Origin: Phoronis australis
Taxonomy: Eukaryota > Animalia > Phoronida
Direction: 5' to 3'
Assembly (NCBI GenBank): GCA_002633005.1
Contig: NMRA01000090.1
Location: 46,756-110,755 of the forward strand
DNA: 64,000 bases
In this document: positions 1-13,219 of the stretch, piece by piece
Layout of the letters: the number at the start of each line of letters is the position of its first letter
How positions within the stretch are numbered: position 1 is the stretch's first letter
The notes under the pieces: model-generated
Database searches by the model: none
Told to the model about the DNA's origin: nothing
What the model saw: the letters and a program-made list of their open reading frames with translations, nothing else
Position numbers and translations under genes: made by a program

Positions 1-136
1 TGCAAAACAGGCTTTTAAAGGCCGCATCTCGTAGACCGCCGACCAACGTCGGACCAACGTCAAAAAACCGACCGCGACCAATCGACCTTGAGCCAACGAA
101 TGGCGACGTCGGCCCAACGTAGTGATGCTATCTGGG
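1..136. mobile_element. Right end of an EnSpm/CMC-like non-autonomous DNA transposon
   Basis: Subterminal CCAACGTCGG repeats ending TGCTATCTGGG followed by TA. Confidence 0.5.
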
Positions 137-1074
137 TAAGCATTGCAATGTCAATTGTCAATGACGTCGTAACGGTGGTAGGCTACTTGTCTAAACAAAC
201 GGTTGGTCAACAAAATGCCGGATTACAAGTACATTTTAAAATTCAACTCATACCTGGTATCGTTAATCACCTGTAATGCATGGTGTTCTTACGTACACAC
301 GTAAATTCATCAAATGCTCACAGGAACGTCTCGATCGTCCACATACCACTGGCTTCCCCTACAACCGGAAGTTTCCCTGGACTAAGTTAATGATCGGGGT
401 ACGAAAGGGTGAAAAACTTCTTACCTATCTTCTCATTTTATCTTTATCCAGATATCAGTTTCACAACACTTTACTGTATCATATAAACGATAGGTATGAG
501 ATGTTAATATTTTATAAAATTACCAACTGCTTTTAACCGATCATTGTTTGTGTCTTGTCATTCATCCCTCATAATTTTTGAACTGTTCTAAAGCACTCGA
601 CAGCGGCATGTGAAGTCTTCACTGAATCATTCGGCATGAGCTGACTCACACAAGTTAGTGCGAGGGAATCCGTGTTTTTCGAAATCGACAAATTTCAACA
701 GAGCATGTTATGAACTGCCACTAAATTGACATAATCTGTAAAGATTTGCATATCTACTTCTATGACGGTGCTGCATAATCTTGCTAAGTGACCGCAGGGA
801 GAGTTCTTCATTCAAATCCACAAGACCAGGCACAAGCAGCAAGGCAGCGGGAGTAATTTTGTAGCCGTTCATAGGCTCGTAGTCTATTCACAGACGGGTT
901 ACGTATCTAGCTCTAGGCGCTACCAGTAAGACGTTTGGTTTAGGCCTACGTGGAGGAAATATTGCCTTATTGGTGAGTTCTTTTTGCTGTGCCTAAACTT
1001 TTGATTGAATTGATATAAATAAAGATTCTTCTTTCAATGTCGGCAATTGATCGTGAACAAAATAAAAGTGAAAG

Positions 1075-1845
1075 CGTTCTGCAGTATAGACAATTGAATT
1101 ACCACTATTTCTAGCTGGCCAGTTGAGACCAGGGGCGGATCCAGGACTTTAAGTTGGGGGAGGGGGGTGTGGGGGCAGCTCAGAGTATTACTAATACTCT
1201 GAGCTGCCTGTCAGGCATTCACACCCCTGAATTGTCAAATGAAATCTGGGGGAATTTGGTGGGGGGAGGGTGCCCCCTTGGCCAGTTGGCCTCCCCTTAA
1301 ATCCGTCACTGGATATAGGAGCTTCATATGCTGGAAGCTTCTCGGCAAATTATGCCTGACACTGATTAAAACTTTAAAGTCACATTGTTATAACTACCTT
1401 TTGTGCACAGAGGCCGGGGCACCTTAGGAGGCCGTTGATGTTTTTTTAGGTCCTTCCAACTCGAACAAATTGTCCAGTTTCTTCGAGCAGTCCTTCGTTC
1501 AGTTCACTAAATCATGAACTGCCCATTTTTAACACTGCGCGTGACAGGTGGTTTGACGTTATATGCCCTGGCCTGAGTTTCTGATTTTGGGAATTCACCG
1601 AAGGACGGCTCAAAGACTGAAAAAGTTTGATTACGGGAGTATTTGCTGGAGTTGGAAGGAAGTTAAGACATCGAGGGCCTCTTAAGGTGTCCCTCTATGC
1701 GCAAAAGGTAACAACACGACTTTGATGTTTTAATCTTTGGCAGACATAATTCGCCTACAACTACAAGCTTCCGGCTCCTAAAGGAGCTTCTCCGTCTCTA
1801 CTGGCTAGCTAGAGAAGGTGGTCACTGTGTATCTGCAGTAGAGCA
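1075..1845. repeat. Diverged foldback/MITE with ~250-bp inverted arms
   Basis: e.g. CTAGCTGGCCAGTTGAGAC vs GTCTCTACTGGCTAGCTAG; CACCTTAGGAGGCC vs GGCCTCTTAAGGTG; TCCTTCCAACTC vs GAGTTGGAAGGA. Confidence 0.7.
1130..1311. mobile_element. hAT-type MITE nested in the left arm of the foldback
   Basis: CAGGGGCGGATCC ... AAATCCGTCACTG termini, G/C runs; no clear TSD. Confidence 0.65.
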
Positions 1846-1967
1846 TCGGAGCGTGGTTGGTATCTGTTAGAACCCCAAGTATCAGAGCATTATACCGTGT
1901 ACTAAGTAAGTAGCCTAATAAGGGAATACTGTGCATGCTACACTGAGATAAATGACGCTATTAGAAT

Positions 1968-4413
1968 TGCCAGGTCGCATTTTGCGATCTAGCTAGAATC
2001 CCAGGTCGCATTTCCAAAATCCAGCGCGCATTCATAAATACCAGGTTGCAAAATTTTCCCGCCATTTTTACGCGCCAAAACTGATTTTAGATCAATGAGA
2101 AAATATTTAGATGCTCTTACCTGCAGCATTAAATACTCACAAATTTCAGATCCCAAAACTGACTTCGTTCATGCAGGTACGGCATTACTGTACTTCATGA
2201 CCGCCATTGAAAGTCTCTAGAGCGCAAGGCAAGTTGCCGACGTGAAAGTTGAATTAGTGCTCTCTAACTAACACGTACATTCGAGTAGATAAGTTTGCGA
2301 TGTGTAAAGGGAGAAAATGCCCGTTGAAAAAGTATCCGGGATTTTGCTAGGCCTGACCTGCTACTGGCTGTCATGAAAGTCGTTAAAGATTCAAACTAAC
2401 TTCGAGGGCAAATTCCCTCCGCTTTTTGTTCGCAGCCCAAATTTTGCAACTTAACTCATGTTTGAAAAACATCTGTCGAAAAAAATCCATGAAACGATGC
2501 CCTAACCGAATAAAAAATTCAGTGCAAATTTCACAACAAAAATGTGGTACTTATGCTGTTTACGTACTCAACAACTAAATTCCATGAAGTGAATAGCCTC
2601 CAAATAATTCCTCACTCCCTCCGTGCGGGTTTCCATCAAGTAATGGCAAGTTTGCTCCTCAATTCCTTCCAAGTACGGGAATAATAGGTCAGTCACAAAA
2701 CGACATGCATGTCACAAGTGTTAACTTTTTTTCTGAGGTTTAAAACAAAGCCGGGATTTGGTTTTTACATATTGAGAAAAGACGTTTTTTGAAAACGGAA
2801 TTTGTTGTGTAAAATGAGACTGACACACCATATAGGCTGCTTGTCAATTTTAAACCACGCGTGGTCTTTTGTAGTGCGCTGTGATGGGTGCTAGCCTGAA
2901 CTGAAGGCGCTTAATTGGAAATTCTCAAAAGTTGAAGGGAAACGCTTAGTAGATCAGTGAGCGCTTATTGTGAAACGCTTCAAAGGTAGGGAGTAGGCTT
3001 GTGCGTTAGCAAAGTCGTTAACCTGAGTGTTTGCGGTAATAAGGTATTAAAAGACTACAATGGTAGGAAACATTATAATAATACGATTTTGCGAGGCAAA
3101 CTCCATTTAGTTGGGGTGACTTTCTGGATATCGTTACCACTTACAATGTACCCTTTTTAGCCACCCAGAATAAGTTTGTTTTAATTGTCCGCTTCAGCCG
3201 GAACATGATTGTTTCTATTGGAGTCTGAACATTTTTACAGCAGTGGTGGTCCGAGGAGTGAAAAGTTGTCGGAGNGGGGGGGGGGGCTGAGGGGAGGTGT
3301 ATGAAGAGAAGAATAAAAAGTTCGCTAACCACAATTTCGCATCTAGCACCCCTTGCAATACCTGGCTACGGGCATATAAGGTTTAGAGAACATTGACCTC
3401 GAGAAACATCGGAACTGGAAAATATCAGTTCTGGGTTATATCCGTCCCTTGGAATATCATATCATCAGGTCTTTTATAACCGCCGGGAATCTATGAGTTC
3501 ATTTTCAAATAAACCATTGGCACCCAGGTGCTTAACAGAGCCAAGCCGCTATACTCTTTCATTTAGGACTTCCGCTGTTCTCTTTTGATGTGCAGCTTTG
3601 AACTGGTGCGCACGTGTGAGTTCACGCACTTGAATCGCTGGAATAGGCCTACACTTTAAGTTGGCAACAACGTGTGAAAGACAAATCATATTTCGCATAC
3701 ATAGTCCCAGAAACAAGTAATGGGGTTTCAGGATTTTTTGGCAACTGAAAGTAAAGATTTGATCGTCGTTTGGGGACTAACAGGGTTGTCATTTCACTTT
3801 GGCTGTCTTATGGGATAAAAACGAGGCGCACATCTCTAAGTCACGACTGTCTGCCGGGACCGCTTGCACGCTAACAACGGGACCGATCAGTGCCGCACTG
3901 CGATATCAGGAATATTGCCGTGGATATTTGGAACATATAATAACCACATCTTAAACGAAAAACAAACATATTTGTTCACCACAAAGTTTGATAAGTTGAT
4001 TGCTTAAGAATTAATAGAAACACCGCTGTTTAGTGAGATTTTATTACGTGTTATGTGGCCCGAAACTTTCTTCGTCAAATCCGGAAATTTTCAAAAGTGG
4101 CCGAAAATGAAATGCGTCAAAGATTGATTCTGCATATCCCATGTTCACGCAACTTGCTTACATGTCATCAGGAGGTGTGTTCTCAGTTAGTGTTCATTTG
4201 AACTTGGATTTGCAACAACCAAATAATGGTCAGATTAACAAGAGTTGCTTTATATTTGCCAGGTATCTGCCAAGAAGTGTAAAAACTCAGCTCACATTCG
4301 TTGGAAATTCCAGGTCGCATTTTGCGACTTGATATGAGCTGACAAAAATCTGAGCTCGCATTTCCAGATTTCAGGTCGCAAATGCGACCTTCAGCTCGTT
4401 ATGTCGAGCCCTG
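1968..4413. mobile_element. hAT-like element remnant with CAGGTCGCA subterminal repeats
   Basis: CAGGTCGCA clusters at 1970-2050 and 4310-4390; right end TCGAGCCCTG; left TIR not seen. Confidence 0.45.
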
Positions 4414-5529
4414 CCTAAAAATCGGGGGTGGGCGGTTAACCGAACATGGGCACTTATTACGACAGACAACTGCCCTGGGCAGTTAATCGTACCTCGTGAT
4501 CTAAGTCCCCACACAACACACGTACTCGAAACGTGTAGCACTTTTCAAAGAGCTTTATCGTCACGTCGCCAAATGACGGTAAAAACTTCATAACAGCGGA
4601 TGATCCCAACAAAGGTTCTGTTGCCATCAGATTAGTCATTCACAATTCAATCAAAAAAAAATACTGAGTAATAGACCTGTGCCATCATGCGGTCTTGTTA
4701 GTTTGTTATAACCGTAGTGCGCAGACGACCAGTGACGACGCAGTGCTCCACTTGGATTGCAAGCGGTGACACTGCAAAAGTGCGCGTGTGCAAACTTCAC
4801 ATGTTGCAGAGGTCACAGCTGACATCAAGGTTATAGTCCCGTGCTAGCTTTCAAGTTTTCAGGTTCTGAGTCAGATGCAGTTTTAAAATTATTAAAGTTT
4901 GAAAAACTAATTCAAGTGTTTTTTGTGTTTGAGACGTTTATAGTCGACACTCCGTGACTCTATAACATTTTCACTTCCTGTTGCGCGAAACATGCTCAGC
5001 AAAGAAGTAAGACAAGAATCGGGAGGGATAAGGGGACGTGAGCCAGTTGTCAATCAACAAGAAAAGTTCGAACCACGGCATGAATATGTGATAAAACGTC
5101 ATAAAACAGTGATGTTTCAATTAATTTTTAAATGACCACCTTACCCAACTTTGTTGTGGAAAACACATTTATTTTACATGCAAGATGTCCAGATTATATC
5201 CTATTATAATATCACCTACACTATTGCACTGCGTCACTGGTCGGCCCCGGCAGGCAATCTTGACTTGGGAACAGGACAGCGTTTTCCTGTTCAGTGACTT
5301 TACCAGAGGAAGGGGGTTCTGAGCGTGTGATAACATCTAGCTTCTTTGTTAGCTGCCAAGCACAGTCTTTTGTCTGTTATGAAAGCAGGCACTCCAGTTA
5401 TCTACCAGGCTTATTATAGACCACATATGAACACTGTCAAACCCGCCAGAGGAAATTGATACATTCTGAAAGAATAGATTATCGTAACTTCGGTTGCAGT
5501 TGGGCAATTTTGGCGATTCCAAAACTAAA

Positions 5530-6936
5530 CAGTATTCTTCCATGAAATACAGACAAGAGAACCTAGATCTTTTTTTAGGCTTGTGATTTTTTTGAGTTCT
5601 AAACACACAAAACGCTTGTTATCCCGGCCAGTGGCTCGGAACCAGATCAGGCTCGTCGCGGCCGGACTGACTCGTTATCCTAGCCAGTGTCTCGGAACCT
5701 GGTCAGGGACTGGCACGAACATATTAACCAGCTTGAGTTGGAAACTAAACCTCCAGTCACGAAAAGATTGTAATAGTCAGTGCTGTAGTGATAAACGTAG
5801 AGGTAAGTATGCGCCGAAAGCCCACTGTATCACCTTGAGCACTGAACGTAACTTACGGTGCATAGCCGCTACCTTCAAATGCCAAAAGGTGGTTGCCTGG
5901 GCCTACGTGCGTGTACGCCCCACTACAACACTGATAACAGTGAGCCAAAGAAATAATGTGCACGTAATTATTTACATGAATTAGCCACGAAACTGAAAAT
6001 CTACGGGGGGCCGCGAAGTCGGGCTCCTCTTCCACAGACCGTCATGGCAAAGGTTGTAGGTTATTTGAATAGTGTATTTGTATTTCTAAATAAAGATTCC
6101 CCTAACATGTGCCATAGCATTTAAAATCAAGTAATTGTTTCACAACAACTTTCCGTCAGCAAACACTGAATTAGCATGTGCTCACACGGCCTCGATGCCC
6201 GGTCAATTACCTTCATTGCCGGCATCAAAAGCGGGTAACACAGTGGTTTATTCATTGCTGGCTTCTCAACATTTGCACTCACAAATACTGCGAAGGCATT
6301 ACAAATTGTATCTAATGAAACAGACTTTGTTTCAGTTTTATATAAGCATTGGTTAGGATGAGAATAATTAATTTTGAAACAACGCAGAATACATGGCAAC
6401 TCATCCGGCGCCAATCCCGACTTGGTGAAGGGCTCATCCAACGAAGACTTCACGGGTTGGATCATTAGGTTTCACAGGCTATCTGTTCGAACCGGAATAC
6501 ACTGATCAAGAAATACTAGAGAGGCACCGTGAACATGCACAGACAACGGAAGGTATGGATAGTTCTTTGGTAAGCCAGAATTCTTCAGAGAAATCACTGT
6601 CGACGAAATACCGGCCACAGACACGGAGATGTTTCACGGCCTCATACTTGCTATTAACAGCATACCTTCCTAAGCATTTCGGACTCGAGGAAGTCGAAAA
6701 AACGACATACCCGCTTTCTTCGCAGCTTCATAGTTCGGACAAGCGGGAACAATTCACCGCAATGTAGCGTATTAACTCTGCAGACGAACCACTGACGACG
6801 CTGCATCGTTTCTCACCTTCCTCACAGGTTAACGCAACACCTCTCGGCAAGGTGAGGTCGACCGTGTAGGTGGCAATGTGGATATATACCGATTAAGACA
6901 GTAAAAAAGACAAATTAAATCGGGTGGCATTCTGCT
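5530..6936 (-). mobile_element. Second, partial, inverted copy of the same Kolobok-type element
   Basis: Diverged reverse-complement similarity to 7594-8885 along its length; ends GGGTGGCATTCTGCT-TTAT. Confidence 0.8.
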
Positions 6937-7593
6937 TTATGATCATGTTTTGAATAAATATCCACATTTCAACGAGAGCATCTTCCGTGGAATCGTTCCA
7001 AGCCATAGACATCACATTGTGATGATGTCTATGGTCCAAACATTTGCCATTTTGTTGTGTTTTAGTGTAAAATTTGGCCATGTGACCATCACGTGGTTGT
7101 TAAAAGGTCACCACTAGTTGCAGTGAGGTGTAGAGCGGGGTAAACCAGTGAAACTGAGTGGAATTCGTAGCGAGAAAGTAGAACATGTGCAACTGACGGC
7201 AACCGAGCGTTCAGCTGTACGCTGCCAGTGGTAAGGCCAGTGGTAAGAAGACGCACATTGGCCAAGCTTGCAAAATGATCAGTTTCTGTCCCATGCTCTC
7301 AGCTGTCGGTAACCTGTTTACATCTGGTTGCGTTCAGTTTTAAGACCGATATAAGCTAGGCTTGATATTGATGGCTGTAAGTTGTAGTATTGCAGAGATC
7401 ACTCTATCCGGGAATTGAACCAGCGACTTCGTTAAAACGGGTAAACATGATAACCATTTGGCTAAATTATAGGTTATATACTCATTAGTGAATGGCTAAC
7501 AGAGGCTCATATCCGATGTATGATTCATCAGAAGCATGTCTATAACATCATCCCTTTCCTACAGAGCAGGCACTCAACCAGTGAAAACCTTAA

Positions 7594-9269
7594 AGGAGAA
7601 TGCCACCCAATTTAATTAGTCTTTTTTGCCGTCGTAATCGTTCTATATCCACATTGCCTCACATGTGGTCGATCTTACCTTGCCGAGAACCTCTTGGCAA
7701 GGTAAGTTGTGTCGCGTTAACCTGTGAGGAAGGTGAGAAATGACGCAGTGACATCAGTGGTTCATTTGCAAAGTGAATGCCGCTATGTTGCGGTACATCG
7801 TTCCCGCTTGTCCGAACTATGCAGCTGCGATAAAAAGCGGGTATACTGTTTTTTTTTTTTTGACTTCCTCGAGAATTTGAAATGCCTAGGAAGTGGCTCG
7901 CGGTAGTGAAGAATGAAAAGTACGCTGTAAATAGCAGGTATGAGGCCATGAAACATCTCCGTGTCTGTGACCTGTAGCCGTCGACAATGCCCGACGAATG
8001 CTGGCTTACCAAATAACTATCCATACGCTCCATTGTCTGAGCTTGTTCACGGCGCCTCTCTAGTATTTCACTGTATTCCGGTTCGAACTGATAGCCTGTG
8101 AAACTTAACAATCCACCTGCGAAGTCTTCGTTCGGATGAGCTCTCGTCTAAGTCGGGATTACGAGTTGCCATGTTGACGTTTATTACTGAGCGTTCTGTT
8201 TCAAAATAAATTATTCTCATCCTAACCAATACCTTTTTGGTATATCAAACTGAAACAAAGTTTGTCTCATTAGATGCACTTGTAATGCCTATGGAGTGCC
8301 TGTGAGTGCAAATGATTTGAGAAGCCAGCAATGAATAAATCACTGCGTTACTGGCTTTAGGTGCAATAAAACTAGCTGACGGGACACCGAGGCCATGTGA
8401 GCGCATGCTAATTCAGTGTTTGCTGACAGAAACTGTTGCGAAACAACTTGATTTTCTATCCCACGGCCAGGTGTAAGGGGAATATTTATTTACATTTACA
8501 TTTACATTATTCAAATAATGATTGTCAAAAATTGTACAACTTCTGCCCTGACGGTTCCTTGGCCAAAGCGGAACCTGAATTCGCGGCCCCTGATGAGTAA
8601 GTAGATTTGCAGTTTGATGGCTAATTCACCAACATAATCACATGCACATTACTTCTTTAGCTCACTAGTAAAGTATTTTGTTGACTGGAAGTTGCCGCGA
8701 CGACCCTGATCGGTTTCCGAGCCACTGGCTGCGATAACGAGTCAGTCCGGCCGCGACGGGCCTGATCGGGCTCCGAGCATCTTAATCCAGGATAACAGCG
8801 TTTTGTGTGTTTAGAACTCAAAAAATCACAAGTCTAAACAACACAGATCTAGGTTCTTCTGTCTGTATCTCACGAAAAAATACTTCGAATTTATCTCCTA
8901 ACAGACTCCAAACTCCTGTTACGGGTAATATTGGCATGCCGAACTTTGTAGGCTATGGTGTGTCCAAATACCAATGAATCCGTAACAGCGAAATAAAACA
9001 ACACGTTTTTATGACAACTTGATGTATTTTTAAAGGGAAGTTTGATGATTTATTGCTGTTAAACGATGAATTCAAGTGATAAGCTGACACCAGTAACCAG
9101 TGTTGTGAACTGCTGAACAGACTGCGTGTGAAACCAATTACGTCATTGGATAATTTCAATACCTCCGTCTGCCGTCAAGTGTCAGATAACGCAGCCGTAG
9201 GTCTGTTATCGAGAACTACTCGTTCTAAATTGATACAAATTAGGTTGTTTTTTTGGGTGGCATGCTCCT
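7594..9269 (+). mobile_element. Non-autonomous Kolobok-type DNA transposon, complete
   Basis: TTAA on both sides (7590-7593, 9270-9273); TIR AGGAGAATGCCACCCAA / TTGGGTGGCATGCTCCT (16/17). AG terminus plus TTAA TSD is the Kolobok signature. Confidence 0.8.
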
Positions 9270-9274
9270 TTAAC

Positions 9275-9582
9275 CAGATTGTCTCTCTCACAAGGTTGTC
9301 TGTCGTACAGGGCCTCCAATCTTGGAGTTTATACCACCACTACACGATGCATGCTATCTGAGGTCAGCGAGTGCTAGCCAACAGAGCTTCATTGGCATAT
9401 CATCTTATTGTCAGCTATGCCAATTGTAGTAATTGGTGAGATCGCTTGACCCAGGAGTTGAACCAGCGACCTCGATAAAACTGCCAGCAACGGTGCTAAC
9501 CAATGCCATTCGCCTAATAGGGAGTTGCAAATTAGTGAGCACTTGCAGAGGCTCATATGATTCACTGGAAGCATGTCTATAA
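9275..9582 (-). mobile_element. tRNA-related SINE-like repeat (second, more diverged copy at ~7330-7547)
   Basis: Minus strand TGGTTAGCACCG...GAGGTCGCTGGTTCAACTCCTGG (B box); TTGAACCAGCGAC and GAAGCATGTCTATAACA shared by both copies. Confidence 0.55.
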
Positions 9583-10559
9583 CACTGTGATTGGCTGTTA
9601 CTTGACCTTCAATCGGGGTCATTCATTGTCTAATTTGTCGCATGGTTTCTATTCTTGACATGGGTTCCATAGGATGTGAGAACCTCATAAAATGCAAGAT
9701 CTCTTAAGACTTTGTGAGATATCACCATATAATACTAGCTTCCTTAGAGAGATTCTAGCGGTATGGAACTCATCCCAGGTTGAAGTGTTGTATTTTGGCT
9801 GACTATTGTTGTGTGGGACTTAAACAATATATTAGGACTTGCGATCAGATATTCTGTCTCAAACTTTTTGTTAGAAGTTGGTAATGTTTGGCTTTCAAGA
9901 TGGTTTTTTTAAAGGGCTTTGGAACAACAAGCAGTTCATTTGGTAATACCCTTGTATAATTTATTGATGCATTTACGTGTCGTTCAAAAATGTATTCCAT
10001 TTCTTTATGAGATTTCTATCAAAGGTGTTTTTCTATATGTGTTACTGGCTTTATAAATTATTTCATTTGACTGGTTGACCTGTCATTCCTATTCCAACTT
10101 GTAACAGCTCAGTCACTACTATCTCTATGATAAGATAATTTCACACACTGATCAAAATACATGTGCACAGTTCACTCATGCAAGCTGTGAAGCTGTAAGT
10201 AGGACCTACTCTATCTCTTGAGTCTATAGTGGTGTGGGTGTGGAAGTGGAGGCAATTTGATGACACAGTAACAAAGCTCATTTACCTACTACTTTTTTTC
10301 ACCTTCAACTACAAGTGCTAAAATTTATAACCTCTGACAATTTCCTGTAGTTTCTGTAGCAATGTTTTGTCAAAATGGTAATCCCAACCTACGTTTCTGT
10401 TATGGTAGCTGCTTACCATTCCTGGTTTTTGAAAGGAGCATAGATCTTAGAATTGCAGCCGCCAGGTGATATAGGAATCTTTACCTGGTGCATTCATTTA
10501 CTAGCAGTTCTGTTTCAAATATCCTTTGTAATGTCGTAGAAACGAAATAACAGAAAACC

Positions 10560-10589
10560 ACATACACGCACACACAGACACACACGCAC

Positions 10590-10631
<42 letters not shown>

Positions 10632-10633
10632 AC
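10560..10633. repeat. (CA)n microsatellite
   Basis: Direct observation. Confidence 0.95.
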
Positions 10634-10945
10634 CAGCTCATTAAAGAATGGATGTGAAATATGCTTCTCAATAGGGCTGTCTTGGATTACACAGCCACAG
10701 AACTAGATCTTTCTCCCATAACCATTGGGTAACCTGTGGTAACTGTTGGTAACAAAATGAAATAACATTCCAGTCTTTCTTTTGGTTAGGTGTTGAGAAA
10801 CGCCTGTGATGTAAATGGCTTCTGCAACTACAACAAACTAATTTCACACATGTTCTATGACTCACACTTGATAGATAATAAGAGGCAAGTAGAGCAGTAG
10901 CATATTAACTGAGTGGCTCATGTGTCTCAAGTGGTGCACGCACAT

Positions 10946-10946
<1 letters not shown>

Positions 10947-10991
<45 letters not shown>

Positions 10992-10998
10992 TCACACA
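10947..10998. repeat. (CA)n microsatellite
   Basis: Direct observation. Confidence 0.95.
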
Positions 10999-12155
10999 TA
11001 CGCAGAATTCTGGGTGTCAATTCATTGTCTTTTCACATGGCGAGAGATAGCACTGAGACAAAGGTGAGTTGGTTTGTTGTCCAGCAGGTAATGCATCACG
11101 TTCTGGACCATGGCGAAAGCGACAAAGTATCTGTCACATGATTATAAAGCAAGTAAAAAGTCCTGATGATTGCTACACCTGTGATACAGGACGTACACTG
11201 AGGTCACAAACAAATATGTTGTCTGGATGCAGAAATATACCTGATTACAACCGTATTCTGATTAAAATGAGATCATGTGACGGAATCATTGTAAATCTAT
11301 CAAATGCTCTGGAATAAGAGGGACAGTTGAACTGAAAAAACGGAATTGAAGGGACAAATTAGGAACAAAAGGTCAGAACTAACAGAATTGGATTGCAAAT
11401 TGCAAAACAGCAATTCATGCCATTATGTATGTGTATTAAATGGTTGGTATATTGTCCCTTAGCACTTGTCTTGGCTGAAATTCATGTCTGGTCTGACTGT
11501 CTAGGTACCTAATCCCTTCTGTGATGTGCTAACATTATGTCTGGTGTTTTAAAACTTGAGCATAGACTGAACAGCACATTTCAGACATTCCTTTCTAAAA
11601 TGAAGTTTAAAAGGTCAGTGGTTTGAAAAACAATGTATTTAGGGATTTGGGCCAAAGTCAGATTTCAGCTAAAGGACCTTGGTCATCCAGACATATTGTT
11701 TAAATAAACAGCTATTCAGCCTGAGATCAGTTATATTACACTCTTGGGGCTTGTTTGACCTTGTATTTTGTCTAGGATTTGAGAGTTTGGTCCTTTCTGC
11801 CTGTTAAAATCAGTTGCTTAGCCAGTAAGTTGAGACTTTTTATGAGATTTTATATTTATGACTTCGTCTAGAAATAGTTCCTGTGTGGTTAAGTTTTGAG
11901 TAGAAATTCTCAAACTATTGATGTATTTTGTGTGTTGGTGTGTGTTGCCATGTGTGCATGGGTATGGGTGTATTGTAAACACATAGTGGGGGACTATCAC
12001 AAGGTCTTTTTATACTGACTTAACTCCAGGTATTGGCATGTGTTTATGGCAGGTTTTCACGGATAATTAGCTTAGGTATTTACTGTACATGTTCAGTTTA
12101 AAGTTATTAATTGTTACCTCTTGACATATATTTACAAATCATCCCAGCCCTAGCT

Positions 12156-12562
12156 CAAGGTACCTAAACTACACGTCAACGGACTCATAAACACGGGGCA
12201 CGGAGGCATGAACACGACTCACGGACCTGCAAACACTGTCCACTGACTCACAAACACGGGAACGGACTCACATTCACGAGGTAACACGGTTAACGGACCG
12301 CCAACACGGGTCACGGACTCATCGGCTTCCTGGGTCAGCTGACATCTCCATTGTGTCCTTGACCCATGTTTGGCGGTCCGTTAACCGTGTTTCCTCGGGA
12401 ATATGAGTCCGTGTCCGGTGTATTTGGCTGAGTGGATCGTGTTTTATGAGTCCGTTCCCATGTTTGTGAGTCATTGGACGGTGTTTGCAGGTCTGTGAGT
12501 CGTGTTCATGTGTCCGTGCCCCGTGTTTATGAGTCCGTTGACCATGTAGTTTACGTACCTTG
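12156..12562. mobile_element. MITE with long TIRs and 5-bp TSD (TAGCT)
   Basis: TAGCT|CAAGGTACCTAAACTACA ... TGTAGTTTACGTACCTTG|TAGCT; arms built of ACGGACTCA/AACACG motifs. Confidence 0.85.
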
Positions 12563-13219
12563 TAGCTAGTTTTATATTTGACGTGCATTCTGATTGGTCA
12601 AATAGGTTCACTTGCATGTTATATGTTATATCCTTATACTATCTCACCAGTAGCTTTTATACATAATACCGATCACAAGCATTTTTCTCTTCGAACCACC
12701 TCGGGTTTTATTCATACACAATATAACCCACACCAGGTTTAAGTGGAGCATCCAGGTTAACTGCGAAGTTAAGTGAAGAAGTTGAACTGAACCATTGATA
12801 CTGGCTTCGGTAGTTAAACAAACATCAAAGTAAACGGTAGATGACGCTGTTGTCATCGAAGTAATCACAAGGTAGTGCTGCACGCAAAATTTTTTTTTAA
12901 TTTGACAATTTGAAAACATTTACATGTGCTAATTGACGTAAAATTTATTTTTAATTCGATTGGTCATTATTCGAGCAAAATATAAGCAACTATTAGTGAC
13001 TACACTACCCTTAAATTGTTGATGGTAACAGTGGTCCCTGGTGATAACTTCAATGGTTCTGAACTTGGCCATTCATACTGCACTGCAGCGTCAACTGTGC
13101 ACTGTTAAATCCACCTGTTATTACTGCGATGTTTTGGAGCTGTTAAGTCCGATCCAGGACCGAAGTTAAGCGTTCATACTGACCGCAAGTCCCCAAACCA
13201 TCGACGCGTCGACGTCAGT

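Noticed and set aside
5280-5530. Similarity to 36545-36780 (also 2745-2870 vs 47440-47580)
   Set aside because: Diverged fragments of dispersed repeats with no definable ends; not classifiable here.
5530-8885. Single giant foldback transposon
   Set aside because: Better explained as two copies, because TIR/TTAA termini lie at the inner ends and at 9273.
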